In this document: piece by piece, positions 18,338-27,916 of the stretch
Numbering within the stretch: position 1 is the first letter of the stretch
How the letters are laid out: every line of letters begins with the position of its first letter
From: Eubacteriales bacterium
GTDB taxonomy: Bacteria > Bacillota > Clostridia > Christensenellales > CAG-138
Direction of reading: 5' to 3'
Assembly: GCA_031549625.1 (NCBI GenBank)
Contig: JAVBPK010000014.1
Span: 1 to 47,373 of the forward strand
DNA length: 47,373 nucleotides
Made by a program: the position numbers and the translations under genes
Notes under the pieces: model-generated
Database searches by the model: none
The model's input: the letters and a program-made list of their open reading frames with translations, nothing else
What the model was told of the DNA's origin: nothing

Positions 18338-19942
18338 ATGGAGCGGGTGTCGATGAATGCCATCCACATGCAAAACATAACAAAGCACTTTGGATCGGTA
18401 TGCGCAAACAGCAAAGTTTGCATGGAAGTGCGCGAAGGCGAAATTTTGGCGTTGCTGGGCGAAAACGGATCCGGCAAGACAACGCTGATGAACATGCTTT
18501 CCGGCATCTATTTTCCGGATAGCGGCCAAATATTTGTGGGGGGCAAAGAGGTAGTCATCCGTTCGCCAAAGGACGCGTTTGATTTGGGCATAGGCATGAT
18601 TCACCAGCACTTTAAGCTGGTGGATGTGCTGACGGCGGCGGAAAACATTGTGCTGGGTTTGCCGGGCGGCGTGCAGGTAAACAGAGGGGCATTAGCAAAA
18701 GAAATCAAAGAAATTTCCGATAAATACGGGTTCATGATCGACCCGAATAAAAAAGTATACAACATGTCTGTCAGTGAAAAGCAAACGGTAGAAATCGTAA
18801 AGGTGCTGTACAGAGGTGCCAAATATCTCATATTGGACGAACCGACAGCCGTATTGACGCCGCAGGAAACAGACAAGCTGTTCGCCATCCTGCGAAACAT
18901 GAAAAATGACGGCAAATCCATCATCATCATCACGCACAAGCTAAACGAAGTACTGGCCATTTCCGACCGGGTAACCATACTGCGCAAGGGCGAATACATC
19001 GATACCGTCGATACGGCCAAGGCCACGGTGCAATCGCTTACCGAAGGCATGGTAGGGCGCGCGGTCAGCCTGAAAATAGCGCGGGAACAAAACGAAGAGC
19101 AAGAAGAACGACTCATAGTCAAGCTTCTCACCTGCAAAAACGAGGAAAACCGTCCTGTGCTGGATGAAGTGTCTTTCACATTGCTGTCGGGCGAAATTTT
19201 AGGCGTGGCAGGTATCGCGGGCAGTGGCCAAAAAGAGCTGTGCGAGGCGCTTATGGGGCTGCGCCATGTAGAAACGGGCAGCATCGCCTATATAGAAAAG
19301 GGCAGAAGCGAGCAGCTGGCCAACCGCAGCCCGGTAGAAATCATGAAGTTGGGCATCCGCACGGGCTTCGTTCCGGAAGACCGGTTGGGCATGGGGCTTG
19401 TGGCTAGCCTCGATATGGTCGACAACATGATGCTGAAAAGCTACCGTGCCGGCAAGAGCGTTTTCGTAGACAGAAAGACGCCCAAAGCCACGGCGGAGGA
19501 TTTAATTAAGCGGCTGGAAATTGTCACGCCGGGTACGGGCACACCTGTACGCAGGCTTTCCGGCGGTAATGTGCAAAAGGTCCTTTTGGGCCGCGAAATA
19601 GAGAGCGATCCGGCTGTGCTGGTGGTGGCGTACCCCGTGCGCGGTTTGGACATCAATTCGTCTTACACGGTGTACGACTTGCTGAACGCACAAAAGAAAA
19701 AGGGCGTCGCGGTGTTGTTTGTAGGCGAAGATCTGGACGTGCTGCTCGAGCTGTGCGACCGTATTCTGGTGCTGTGCGGCGGCAAGGTAAGCGGGCTGGT
19801 GGACGCGCGAAAAACCACAAAAGAAGAAATCGGCCTGATGATGACGCACATCAGCGGCGAATACGATTCTGAAGCCGCGCGGGAAGAGGCAATGGCGCGG
19901 CATAGGCACAAAAAGGAAGCGCAGCGGGAGGTGAACGGATGA
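18338..19942 (+). CDS. Nucleoside/simple-sugar ABC transporter ATPase (two NBDs, NupA/YufO-like)
   Basis: GENGSGKT, LILDEPT, LSGGNVQK, YPVRGLD; start could be 18353. Confidence 0.92.
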   Translation: MERVSMNAIHMQNITKHFGSVCANSKVCMEVREGEILALLGENGSGKTTLMNMLSGIYFPDSGQIFVGGKEVVIRSPKDAFDLGIGMIHQHFKLVDVLTAAENIVLGLPGGVQVNRGALAKEIKEISDKYGFMIDPNKKVYNMSVSEKQTVEIVKVLYRGAKYLILDEPTAVLTPQETDKLFAILRNMKNDGKSIIIITHKLNEVLAISDRVTILRKGEYIDTVDTAKATVQSLTEGMVGRAVSLKIAREQNEEQEERLIVKLLTCKNEENRPVLDEVSFTLLSGEILGVAGIAGSGQKELCEALMGLRHVETGSIAYIEKGRSEQLANRSPVEIMKLGIRTGFVPEDRLGMGLVASLDMVDNMMLKSYRAGKSVFVDRKTPKATAEDLIKRLEIVTPGTGTPVRRLSGGNVQKVLLGREIESDPAVLVVAYPVRGLDINSSYTVYDLLNAQKKKGVAVLFVGEDLDVLLELCDRILVLCGGKVSGLVDARKTTKEEIGLMMTHISGEYDSEAAREEAMARHRHKKEAQREVNG

Positions 19943-21048
19943 GCATACAGGCGGAAAAAGGCGCGGCGCGCGGCGAACCGTTCATGCGTATCGTAAAGCG
20001 GGAAAATGTTTCCGCCAAGTTAAACTATCTCGTGCGGGCGGTGGCGTTGCTGGCGGCGCTGCTGGTGGGCGGCATACTCATACTGGCGCTGGGCCATAAT
20101 CCGTTTCAGGTATACCGTGACATGGTGGCGGGTTCGCTGGGCAGCACGCTCGTGCTGCAGGAAACCATCCGTATAGCGGTGCCGTTGCTGATGACGGGGC
20201 TTGGCATAGGGCTGGCGTTCAAAATGCGGTTTTGGAATATCGGCGCCGAAGGCCAAATATTAATTGGCGCGCTCGCGTGCAGTTATTTTGCGCTGTTTCA
20301 GGCGGGGCTGCCGCATGTGCTGCTGTTGTGCCTCATGGCGCTTACGAGCATAGTGTTCGGCGGGCTTTGGGGGCTGTTGCCGGCCATATTCAAAGCAAAG
20401 TGGAATACGAACGAAACGCTTTTCACGCTCATGCTCAACTATATCGCGCTGGAGGTTGTGCGCTATTTCCAATATGGGCCATGGCGCGACCCAAAGCAGC
20501 GCGGCTTCCCCAAGATCGCCATGTTTGAAAGTTCGGCGCGGCTACCACGGCTGTTTGGCGTACACATCGGCTGGGTTATCGCCATCATTCTGGTCGTTGT
20601 CGTATATCTGTATCTTAAAAAGAGCAAGCAGGGTTACGAAATATCCGTCGTTGGAGAAAGCATTCCCACGGCGCGGTACGCGGGCATCAATGTCGGCAAG
20701 GTGTTCTTGCGCACCATGTTTCTTTCGGGCGCTATATGCGGGCTTGTAGGCTTTATCACGGTGAGCGGCGCAAATTACACATTGTCCGAATCTACGGCAG
20801 GCGGCATTGGTTTTACGGCGATTACGGTGGCCTGGCTGAGTAAGCTCAATCCTTTTGTAATGGTCGTCGTATCCCTGTTTATTGCCATGCTGCAAAGGGG
20901 CAGCAACGCCATACAAACCACATTTAAAATTCCTGCTTCCGCGGCGGAGTTATTAACTGGGCTTATTCTGTTCTTCATGTTGGGCTGCGAGTTTTTCTTG
21001 AACTACCGGCTTGTGTTCCGTGGCGGAAAGGAGCGTGCAAATGGCTGA
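19939..21048 (+). CDS. ABC transporter permease (NupB/YufP-like)
   Basis: FWNIGAEGQ, NETLFTLMLNY, GFTAITVAWL. Confidence 0.9.
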   Translation: MSIQAEKGAARGEPFMRIVKRENVSAKLNYLVRAVALLAALLVGGILILALGHNPFQVYRDMVAGSLGSTLVLQETIRIAVPLLMTGLGIGLAFKMRFWNIGAEGQILIGALACSYFALFQAGLPHVLLLCLMALTSIVFGGLWGLLPAIFKAKWNTNETLFTLMLNYIALEVVRYFQYGPWRDPKQRGFPKIAMFESSARLPRLFGVHIGWVIAIILVVVVYLYLKKSKQGYEISVVGESIPTARYAGINVGKVFLRTMFLSGAICGLVGFITVSGANYTLSESTAGGIGFTAITVAWLSKLNPFVMVVVSLFIAMLQRGSNAIQTTFKIPASAAELLTGLILFFMLGCEFFLNYRLVFRGGKERANG

Positions 21049-22039
21049 AGCGGGCTTATTGAATACCATCGTGGTTTTTCTGAAGGCGGCGATATTGGCG
21101 GCGACACCGCTGCTGTACGGTACGCTTGGCGAGATACTCACGGAAAAATCCGGTAACCTGAACCTTGGCGTAGAGGGAATGATGTACATGGGCGCGGTGG
21201 CGGGCATATCCGCATCGTTCCTGTATGAGCTGGCGGCCGGGGCGGGGGCGAGTGGCTTCGTTTCGGCGCTGCTGGCGGTTATGTGCGGTTTTCTCGCGGG
21301 CGCGCTGGGTGGGCTGATTTACAGCCTGCTCACGGTATCCCTGCGGGCCAATCAAAACGTCACGGGTCTCACGCTGACCATATTCGGCACAGGCATCGGC
21401 AATTTCTTTGGCGAGCTGCTGGGCATCAAGGCAGGCGGCTACGCCACAGTATCCGAGGCTACAAAAAAGGCTTTCAGCAGCATAAACATCCCCGGCTTGA
21501 GCGATATACCGATATTGGGCGATCTGCTGTTCAAACAGGATTTCATGGTATACCTGGCAATCATACTGGCGGTTGCGCTGACATGGTTCCTAAACAAAAC
21601 GCGCGTGGGGCTTAATTTGCGGGCTGTGGGCGAAAGCCCGGCCACAGCGGATGCGGCGGGCATCAATGTTGCGCGCTACAAATATCTCGCCACATGCATC
21701 GGCGGCGGTATTTGCGGGCTTGGCGGCATGTATATTTCCATGGTACGTTCGTCGGGCACATGGGTGTATAGCTGCGTAGGCGGGCAGGGCTGGATAGCCG
21801 TGGCGCTGGTCATATTTGCGGCGTGGAGTCCGGGCAGGGCATTATTGGGCGCGCTGGTGTTTGGCGGATTATCCGTATTGCGCTACTACATGCCGCTGCA
21901 AAATGTGCCGGCGCAGGCATACAATGTAGTGCCATTTCTGGCAACAGTGCTCGTGCTGATATTCGCGAGCGTGCGCCAAAGCAGAGAACGCTCGCAGCCG
22001 AGGTCATGCGGCACAAATTACTTTAGAGAAGAACGGTAG
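21041..22039 (+). CDS. ABC transporter permease (NupC/YufQ-like)
   Basis: EKSGNLNLGVEG, LRAVGESP..AD.AGINV, GQGWIAVALV; AAGGAG RBS before 21041. Confidence 0.9.
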   Translation: MAEAGLLNTIVVFLKAAILAATPLLYGTLGEILTEKSGNLNLGVEGMMYMGAVAGISASFLYELAAGAGASGFVSALLAVMCGFLAGALGGLIYSLLTVSLRANQNVTGLTLTIFGTGIGNFFGELLGIKAGGYATVSEATKKAFSSINIPGLSDIPILGDLLFKQDFMVYLAIILAVALTWFLNKTRVGLNLRAVGESPATADAAGINVARYKYLATCIGGGICGLGGMYISMVRSSGTWVYSCVGGQGWIAVALVIFAAWSPGRALLGALVFGGLSVLRYYMPLQNVPAQAYNVVPFLATVLVLIFASVRQSRERSQPRSCGTNYFREER

Positions 22040-22076
22040 AAAATTTACCGCAAAAGAAAAAAAGGAGTGTAAGGTT

Positions 22077-23156
22077 ATGGCATACGATCGCATTTACAAT
22101 TTTTCGGCGGGCCCGTCCATGCTGCCGGAAAAGGTGCTCGAAGTGGCACGGGATGACATGCTCAACTACCATGGCTCCGGCATGAGCGTAATGGAAATGA
22201 GTCACAGAAGCAAGGTATACGAAGAAATCATCGGGCAGGCGGAAGCCATGTTGCGTGAGGTGATGGGCATCCCAAACAACTATAAAGTGATGTTTCTGCA
22301 GGGCGGCGCGTCGCTGCAATTTGCCATGGTGCCCATGAATCTTCTTAAAACGGGCAAAGCGGATTATATCGTAACCGGCCAGTTTTCCGGCAAGGCCTAC
22401 GAAGAAGCGCAGAAGTACGGCGATATCCATCTGGCGGCCACGACAAAGTCGGTCACATTCTCCCGTATTCCTCAGCAGCAGGAGCTGGATCTCAGAAAAG
22501 ACGCGGATTACGTCCATATTTGCTTCAACAACACCATATTCGGCACAAGATACAACTATATTCCCGATACGGGAGACGTTCCGCTCGTGGCGGATCTTTC
22601 CAGCTGCATACTCTCTGAACCCATCGATGTCTCCAAATTCGGCCTCTTATATGCGGGCGCGCAAAAGAATATGGCTCCGGCGGGGCTTACGGTCGTTATT
22701 GCGCGTGAAGACCTGCTGCGCAAGGATTTGCCCGCGTTCGTTCCCACCATGTGCAATTATGCCATTATGGCGGAAAATGACTCCATGTACAACACGCCGC
22801 CCTGTTACTCCATTTATGCCTGCAAACTCGTGCTTGACTGGATAAAGGGCATGGGCGGATTAACGGCCATGCAGGCGCACAACCAGAAAAAGGCGGCTAT
22901 TTTGTACGACTATCTCGACAAGAGCGCTGTGTTCAAGAATCCCGTCAGCCCGGAAAGCCGTTCGCTTATGAACGTAACATTCCGCGCCGAAAGCGACGAA
23001 GTAAACGACAAATTCGTAAAAGAAGCGACAGCCAACGGCATGTCCAACCTGAAGGGCCACCGCTCAGTGGGCGGCATGCGCGCATCCATCTACAACGCCA
23101 TGCCCATCGAAGGCGTGGTAAAATTGGTTTCCTTCATGAACAAATTCGAAGGATAA
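22077..23156 (+). CDS. serC: Phosphoserine aminotransferase
   Basis: YNFSAGPS, EMSHRS, QGGASLQF, GAQKN, YNTPP, GHRSVGGMRASIYN. Confidence 0.97.
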   Translation: MAYDRIYNFSAGPSMLPEKVLEVARDDMLNYHGSGMSVMEMSHRSKVYEEIIGQAEAMLREVMGIPNNYKVMFLQGGASLQFAMVPMNLLKTGKADYIVTGQFSGKAYEEAQKYGDIHLAATTKSVTFSRIPQQQELDLRKDADYVHICFNNTIFGTRYNYIPDTGDVPLVADLSSCILSEPIDVSKFGLLYAGAQKNMAPAGLTVVIAREDLLRKDLPAFVPTMCNYAIMAENDSMYNTPPCYSIYACKLVLDWIKGMGGLTAMQAHNQKKAAILYDYLDKSAVFKNPVSPESRSLMNVTFRAESDEVNDKFVKEATANGMSNLKGHRSVGGMRASIYNAMPIEGVVKLVSFMNKFEG

Positions 23157-23162
23157 GCATCG

Positions 23163-23206
23163 GGCCGGCGGGCATTCTCTAAAAAAGAATACCGTCGGCC
23201 TATTTT
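23163..23206 (+). terminator. Possible terminator after serC
   Basis: GGCCGGCGG/CCGTCGGCC outer stem plus ATTCT/AGAAT inner stem, then TATTTT. Confidence 0.5.
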
Positions 23207-23270
23207 ACACCCAAACCGTTGCAAATTTTTCTGAAGCACAAAAAAAAATTATTAATTAGGGAGAAATAAT

Positions 23271-24185
23271 ATGTTACGTATATTGGCGAGCGACGGCATG
23301 GATAAAAGCGCTGTACGGGCGATGGAGGCGCTTGGCTGCGAAGTTGTGCAACAATTTTATGAAGTGGATGATCTAAAAGAGCAAGTAAAGAATTTCGACG
23401 CGCTTGTAGTGCGTTCAGCCACAAAAGTGCGGGAGCCGGTCATAGAAAGCGCGGCGGAAGCGGGCAGGCTAAAGGTCGTCATACGCGGCGGAGTCGGGGT
23501 GGATAATATCGACGTGGCGTGCGCGCTGCAGCACGGCATAGAAGTATGCAACACGCCAAACGCGTCGTCCGCTTCGGTAGCGGAGCTGGCAATCGGGCAT
23601 ATGTTTGCGATTGCACGCTATATTGCCATTGCGAATGTGACGATGCGCGCGGGGCAGTGGGAGAAAAACGCCTACAAAGGCACGGAAATAGCCGGAAAGA
23701 CGCTGGGTCTCATAGGAATCGGCCGGATAGCGCAGGAAACGGCAAAGCGGGCAAGCGCCCTCGGTATGCGCGTGATTTATACGAATCGCAGCGGTCACAA
23801 GCCGGAATACGAGCCATATGAGCGCCGCGAATTAGATGACCTGCTGCGCGAAAGCGATTATGTATCGCTGCATACGCCCGGGCCAAAGGGCGCGCCGGCT
23901 ATATTGGACGCGGCGCATATCGCCATGATGAAGCCCGGCGCGATACTCATCAACACAGGCCGCGGCAATATGGTAGATTGTGCCGCCGTGCTGGACGCGC
24001 TGGATTCCGGCGCCCTGCGCGGGTATGGTGTGGATGTATATGCAGAAGAACCGTGTAAAGATGAACGTTTGATGCGGCATCCAAAAGTCAGCATGACCCC
24101 GCATGTGGGCGGCTCCACAGTCGAGGGCCAGCAACGCATAGGCGAAGAGATCGTGGAACATATTCGCCGTATATTTACGCTGTAA
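23271..24185 (+). CDS. serA: D-3-phosphoglycerate dehydrogenase / D-2-hydroxyacid dehydrogenase (no ACT domain)
   Basis: VRSATKV, RGGVGVDNID, NTPNA, GIGRIA, INTGRG, TPHVGGST; adjacent to serC. Confidence 0.85.
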   Translation: MLRILASDGMDKSAVRAMEALGCEVVQQFYEVDDLKEQVKNFDALVVRSATKVREPVIESAAEAGRLKVVIRGGVGVDNIDVACALQHGIEVCNTPNASSASVAELAIGHMFAIARYIAIANVTMRAGQWEKNAYKGTEIAGKTLGLIGIGRIAQETAKRASALGMRVIYTNRSGHKPEYEPYERRELDDLLRESDYVSLHTPGPKGAPAILDAAHIAMMKPGAILINTGRGNMVDCAAVLDALDSGALRGYGVDVYAEEPCKDERLMRHPKVSMTPHVGGSTVEGQQRIGEEIVEHIRRIFTL

Positions 24186-24210
24186 ACGGGCCGGTTCATA
24201 AGAATGAAGA

Positions 24211-24248
24211 GGGCGGTGTGGGCATTGCCTTGCGCCGCCTTCAATTTT
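24211..24248 (+). terminator. Terminator after serA
   Basis: GGGCGGTGTGGGCA..TGCCTTGCGCCGCCT hairpin followed by TCAATTTT. Confidence 0.5.
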
Positions 24249-24289
24249 AGCAAATCCTTCGGTTGGTGGCGCTTTTTTGTCGGCATTAT

Positions 24290-24365
24290 TGCATAAATAT
24301 AAATTTAATGCAATTTATTTTGATTAAAGCCTTGATATTTTAATTTTTTGTAGTATAATTATGCA
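24290..24365 (+). promoter_or_regulatory. Sigma-A promoter with ArgR-like (ARG) boxes
   Basis: TTGATA(24332)-N16-TATAAT(24354); AGTATAATTATGCA (24352-24365) and TGCATAAATATAAA (24290-24303) versus ARG consensus TGNATAWWTATKCA. Confidence 0.55.
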
Positions 24366-24389
24366 TATAAAATTTACGAGGTACAGAAA

Positions 24390-25172
24390 ATGAAGAATTT
24401 CAAAAAAACAATAGCTTTATTGCTGGCGGTATGCATGCTCGTTTCGCTGTTTACGGCCTGCTCTAAAAAGGCCGGCAAAGTGGAAGCCATCAAAAAAGCC
24501 GGCAAGTTTGTCATGTTGACAAACGCGGCGTTTGCTCCGTTTGAATACTTGGGCGCAGATAACAAACCGGCAGGTGTAGACGTAGACATCGCGCAGGCGA
24601 TAGCGGATGAATTGGGCGTAACGCTGGAAGTGGTCGACATGGACTTCGACGGCATCATACCCGCCGTGCAATCCGGGCAAGGGGATATCGGCGCCGCGGG
24701 GATCACGGCAAATGACGAGCGCCGCCTAAGCGTGGATTTTTCCATCAACTACGTTGACACCGCCCAAATGATCATCGTGAGCGAAAATAGCGAAATCAAA
24801 TCCTCCGCTGATCTTGCGGGCAAAACGATCGGCACGCAAATGGGAACGACCGGCGAAATCTACGTAAGCGATGAAGTGGAAAACGCAAATGTACAGCGCT
24901 TCAAGACAGGTCCGGACGCGGGTCTTGCACTGCAAAACGGCCAGCTCGACGCCGTGGTTATCGACGCCATGCCGGCCGCGCAGATTGCGCAGGCGGGCAC
25001 GGGTTTGAAAGTGCTTGAAGAACCGCTGACAACAGAACAATACGCCATCGCCATTTCCAAGGACAATGCCGATCTAAAAGAAGTGATCGACAAAGTGCTC
25101 CAAAAAATGATCGATGACGGTTCCCTGGCCGCAGCGCTGGAAAAGCATCAGGCATTGTCGGCAGGCAACTAA
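24390..25172 (+). CDS. Polar amino acid ABC transporter substrate-binding lipoprotein (probably basic amino acids)
   Basis: Lipobox FTAC; NAAFAPFEY, GVDVDIA, FDGIIPAV, QMGTTG. Confidence 0.9.
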   Translation: MKNFKKTIALLLAVCMLVSLFTACSKKAGKVEAIKKAGKFVMLTNAAFAPFEYLGADNKPAGVDVDIAQAIADELGVTLEVVDMDFDGIIPAVQSGQGDIGAAGITANDERRLSVDFSINYVDTAQMIIVSENSEIKSSADLAGKTIGTQMGTTGEIYVSDEVENANVQRFKTGPDAGLALQNGQLDAVVIDAMPAAQIAQAGTGLKVLEEPLTTEQYAIAISKDNADLKEVIDKVLQKMIDDGSLAAALEKHQALSAGN

Positions 25173-25183
25173 ACGTTCTATAC

Positions 25184-25228
25184 GCCCAATCCGGAGCGCG
25201 CGCTTCGGGTTGGGCTGTTTCTGTTTTT
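25184..25228 (+). terminator. Intercistronic stem-loop after the binding-protein gene
   Basis: GCCCAATCCGGAGCG/CGCTTCGGGTTGGGC stem (with G-U pairs) followed by a T-rich tract. Confidence 0.6.
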
Positions 25229-25285
25229 TAAAGAGTTTGCGTCTCCCCGCTTTCTCTGTACGCAGCTTTCAAAAGGGGAAAGAGC

Positions 25286-25964
25286 ATGTGGAATAATTTT
25301 GGTCAGCAATTATACGACAACATCATATTAAACGACCGCTATTTATTATATCTGGGCGGGTTAAAGAGCACGTTGCTTTTAACCGTCCTTGCCGCGGTGA
25401 TCGGCATTGTACTTGGCACGCTTGTGGCGGTTTGCAAGGTATACGCGCGCCATATACGGGCATTGCGCCCGCTGGAATGGCTGTGCGACGCATATCTCGC
25501 GGTCATCCGTGGCACGCCTTTGATGGTGCAAATACTTATTTTCGTGTATGTCATATTCATTCCGGACATGACAAAAACCATCCCTGTGGCGGCGTTGGCG
25601 CTGGGCATCAATTCGGGCGCATACGTTGCGGAAATCGTGCGCGCGGGCATACTTGCAGTCAATATTGGGCAAACGGAAGCAGGCCGCAGCCTTGGCTTAA
25701 CAAATAACCAAACCATGGGTTACATCGTCATGCCGCAGGCCGTCAAAAACATATTGCCCGCGCTGGCAAACGAAGCGATTACGCTGCTAAAAGAAACGGC
25801 CATCGTGGCGTATGCCGCAGTGGCGGACTTAACATACCAGGCACAGTTGATACGTACACGTACCTACAGCCCTGTACCTTTGCTGGTGATCGCGGTTGTG
25901 TATTTTCTGGTGGTCATGGCGCTCACATGGGGCCTGCGCAAATTAGAAAGGAGGCTCGCAAAAA

Positions 25965-25978
<14 letters not shown>
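25286..25978 (+). CDS. Polar amino acid ABC transporter permease
   Basis: [38 protein letters not shown]. Confidence 0.92.
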
Positions 25979-26699
<721 letters not shown>

Positions 26700-26792
26700 A
26701 CACAGCGCGCACATGCATACAGGCGCTGCTCAAGCCTCCGCCGCGTTCGCTAAGAGCGCATGCTCAAAGGCCGGGGCATTTCGAATAACTTA

Positions 26793-26817
26793 GGGGCTGT
26801 CACACGACGGCCCCTTT
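26793..26817 (+). terminator. Terminator of the amino acid ABC operon
   Basis: GGGGCTGTC-ACAC-GACGGCCCC-TTT. Confidence 0.55.
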
Positions 26818-26861
26818 CATATGTGGCTTTTTGGGGCCGCTGCCCTGGCGCGATTCACAGT

Positions 26862-26890
26862 AAAAAGGGATGCCGCTGTCGCGGCATCCC
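26862..26890 (-). terminator. Terminator for the DUF975-like gene; target of MITE copy 1
   Basis: GGGATGCCGC-TGTC-GCGGCATCCC 10-bp stem with AAAAA on its left (TTTTT on the minus strand). Confidence 0.7.
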
Positions 26891-26983
26891 AAACTGTCAA
26901 AAAAGGTTCTTTACAGAAAGCTTTCAATCCGTGGGCAAGGACGACATGTGCGTCCGCAGCCCACACCTTGGGCATTTTGCCGC
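26890..26983. mobile_element. MITE-like element copy 1 (right part deleted)
   Basis: CAAACTGTCAAAAAAGGTTC...GGCATTTTGCCGC, highly similar to copies 2 and 3; runs into a degenerate duplicate of the target hairpin (26978-26997). Confidence 0.85.
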
Positions 26984-27017
26984 TGGCGCGGCAGCCCCAT
27001 ATGGATAGGAAAGTGTG

Positions 27018-27647
27018 TTACTGGTTTTGTGGCTCAGCCGCTTGGTTGGGTTGAGAAACGGGCTGCATAATGCGTCCGGTCAAGTTCATATAGAACGCGG
27101 CTTCCGCTGTGGCATAGTAGGGCATGATCCAAAGCAGGAGTATGCCAAACGTCAGGGAGGAGAGCATGAACCAGCCGATAAAGCTTAAATGCAGGCAGAA
27201 CAGGCGGCCTTTGTGCCCATCCATCATTTGTTTGGAGCGGTCCATGGCCTCCCGAATGCCCATAGTGGGGTATTCGGCCATGAGGTACGGGGCCATGGCA
27301 TAGCGGTATGCTGCAATGATGCCGGGCACCCAAAGCAGCAGCGACCAAAGAAATATGAACAATCCCATGAACAGGTATAGGCCGCAGGCCTTTAAGAAAA
27401 TTTCGAATTTATCAAACAGCGAGGCAAACAAGGGGCGCTCGCCTAAAACAAGGCGGCAGAAAAATGTGCACAGGCCCAGTTCAAAAGCGCCGACAAGCAG
27501 CACCGAACCAATCGAGCCAAGAAAAGGAATGAAGGCGCAAGCGGTAAGAATGGCGGAAGCGACGAGACAAACCGCGAGCGGGACACCCCAGAAACCACGA
27601 AGGCGGTCGCGCGCATAGGCGCGAAAGTCGCGAGCGAATGGATACAT
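27018..27647 (-). CDS. DUF975-family membrane protein
   Basis: FLWSLLLWVPGIIAAYRYAM, SKQMMDGHKGRLF.LHLSFIGW, WIMPY motifs; AAGGA RBS before ATG 27647. Confidence 0.85.
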   Translation of the reverse strand: MYPFARDFRAYARDRLRGFWGVPLAVCLVASAILTACAFIPFLGSIGSVLLVGAFELGLCTFFCRLVLGERPLFASLFDKFEIFLKACGLYLFMGLFIFLWSLLLWVPGIIAAYRYAMAPYLMAEYPTMGIREAMDRSKQMMDGHKGRLFCLHLSFIGWFMLSSLTFGILLLWIMPYYATAEAAFYMNLTGRIMQPVSQPNQAAEPQNQ

Positions 27648-27734
27648 AAAACCAATCCTTTCCAGATGCGTAAGGCAGAAAGTAAACATTTCAGCGCTCC
27701 ACACCATAAACAAATAACTTTGATTTTCAAATGG

Positions 27735-27803
27735 ATTATATCATATAAACGCTCGGGCGGCAAACACAAACGCTTGACAAAGGAGCGCGCAATACACTAC
27801 TAT
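27735..27803. promoter_or_regulatory. Divergent sigma-A promoters (DUF975-like gene and cysS)
   Basis: Minus: TTGCCG-N17-TATAAT with extended TG (27763-27735); plus: TTGACA(27774)-N18-TACTAT(27798). Confidence 0.6.
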
Positions 27804-27916
27804 GCAGATAAGCGAGCAGGCATGCCAGCGAAAAATCGCGTATGCAAAGCGGGTTTTTGGAATATATTGCATTGCCTCAAGCAGTCGCCGGCGAATTTCA
27901 ATCATGGAGGAAAACA

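Noticed and set aside
27804-27916. T-box leader for cysS (also considered for liv and thrC)
   Set aside because: The leader is only ~110 nt, with no GGTGGNACC T-box sequence or terminator
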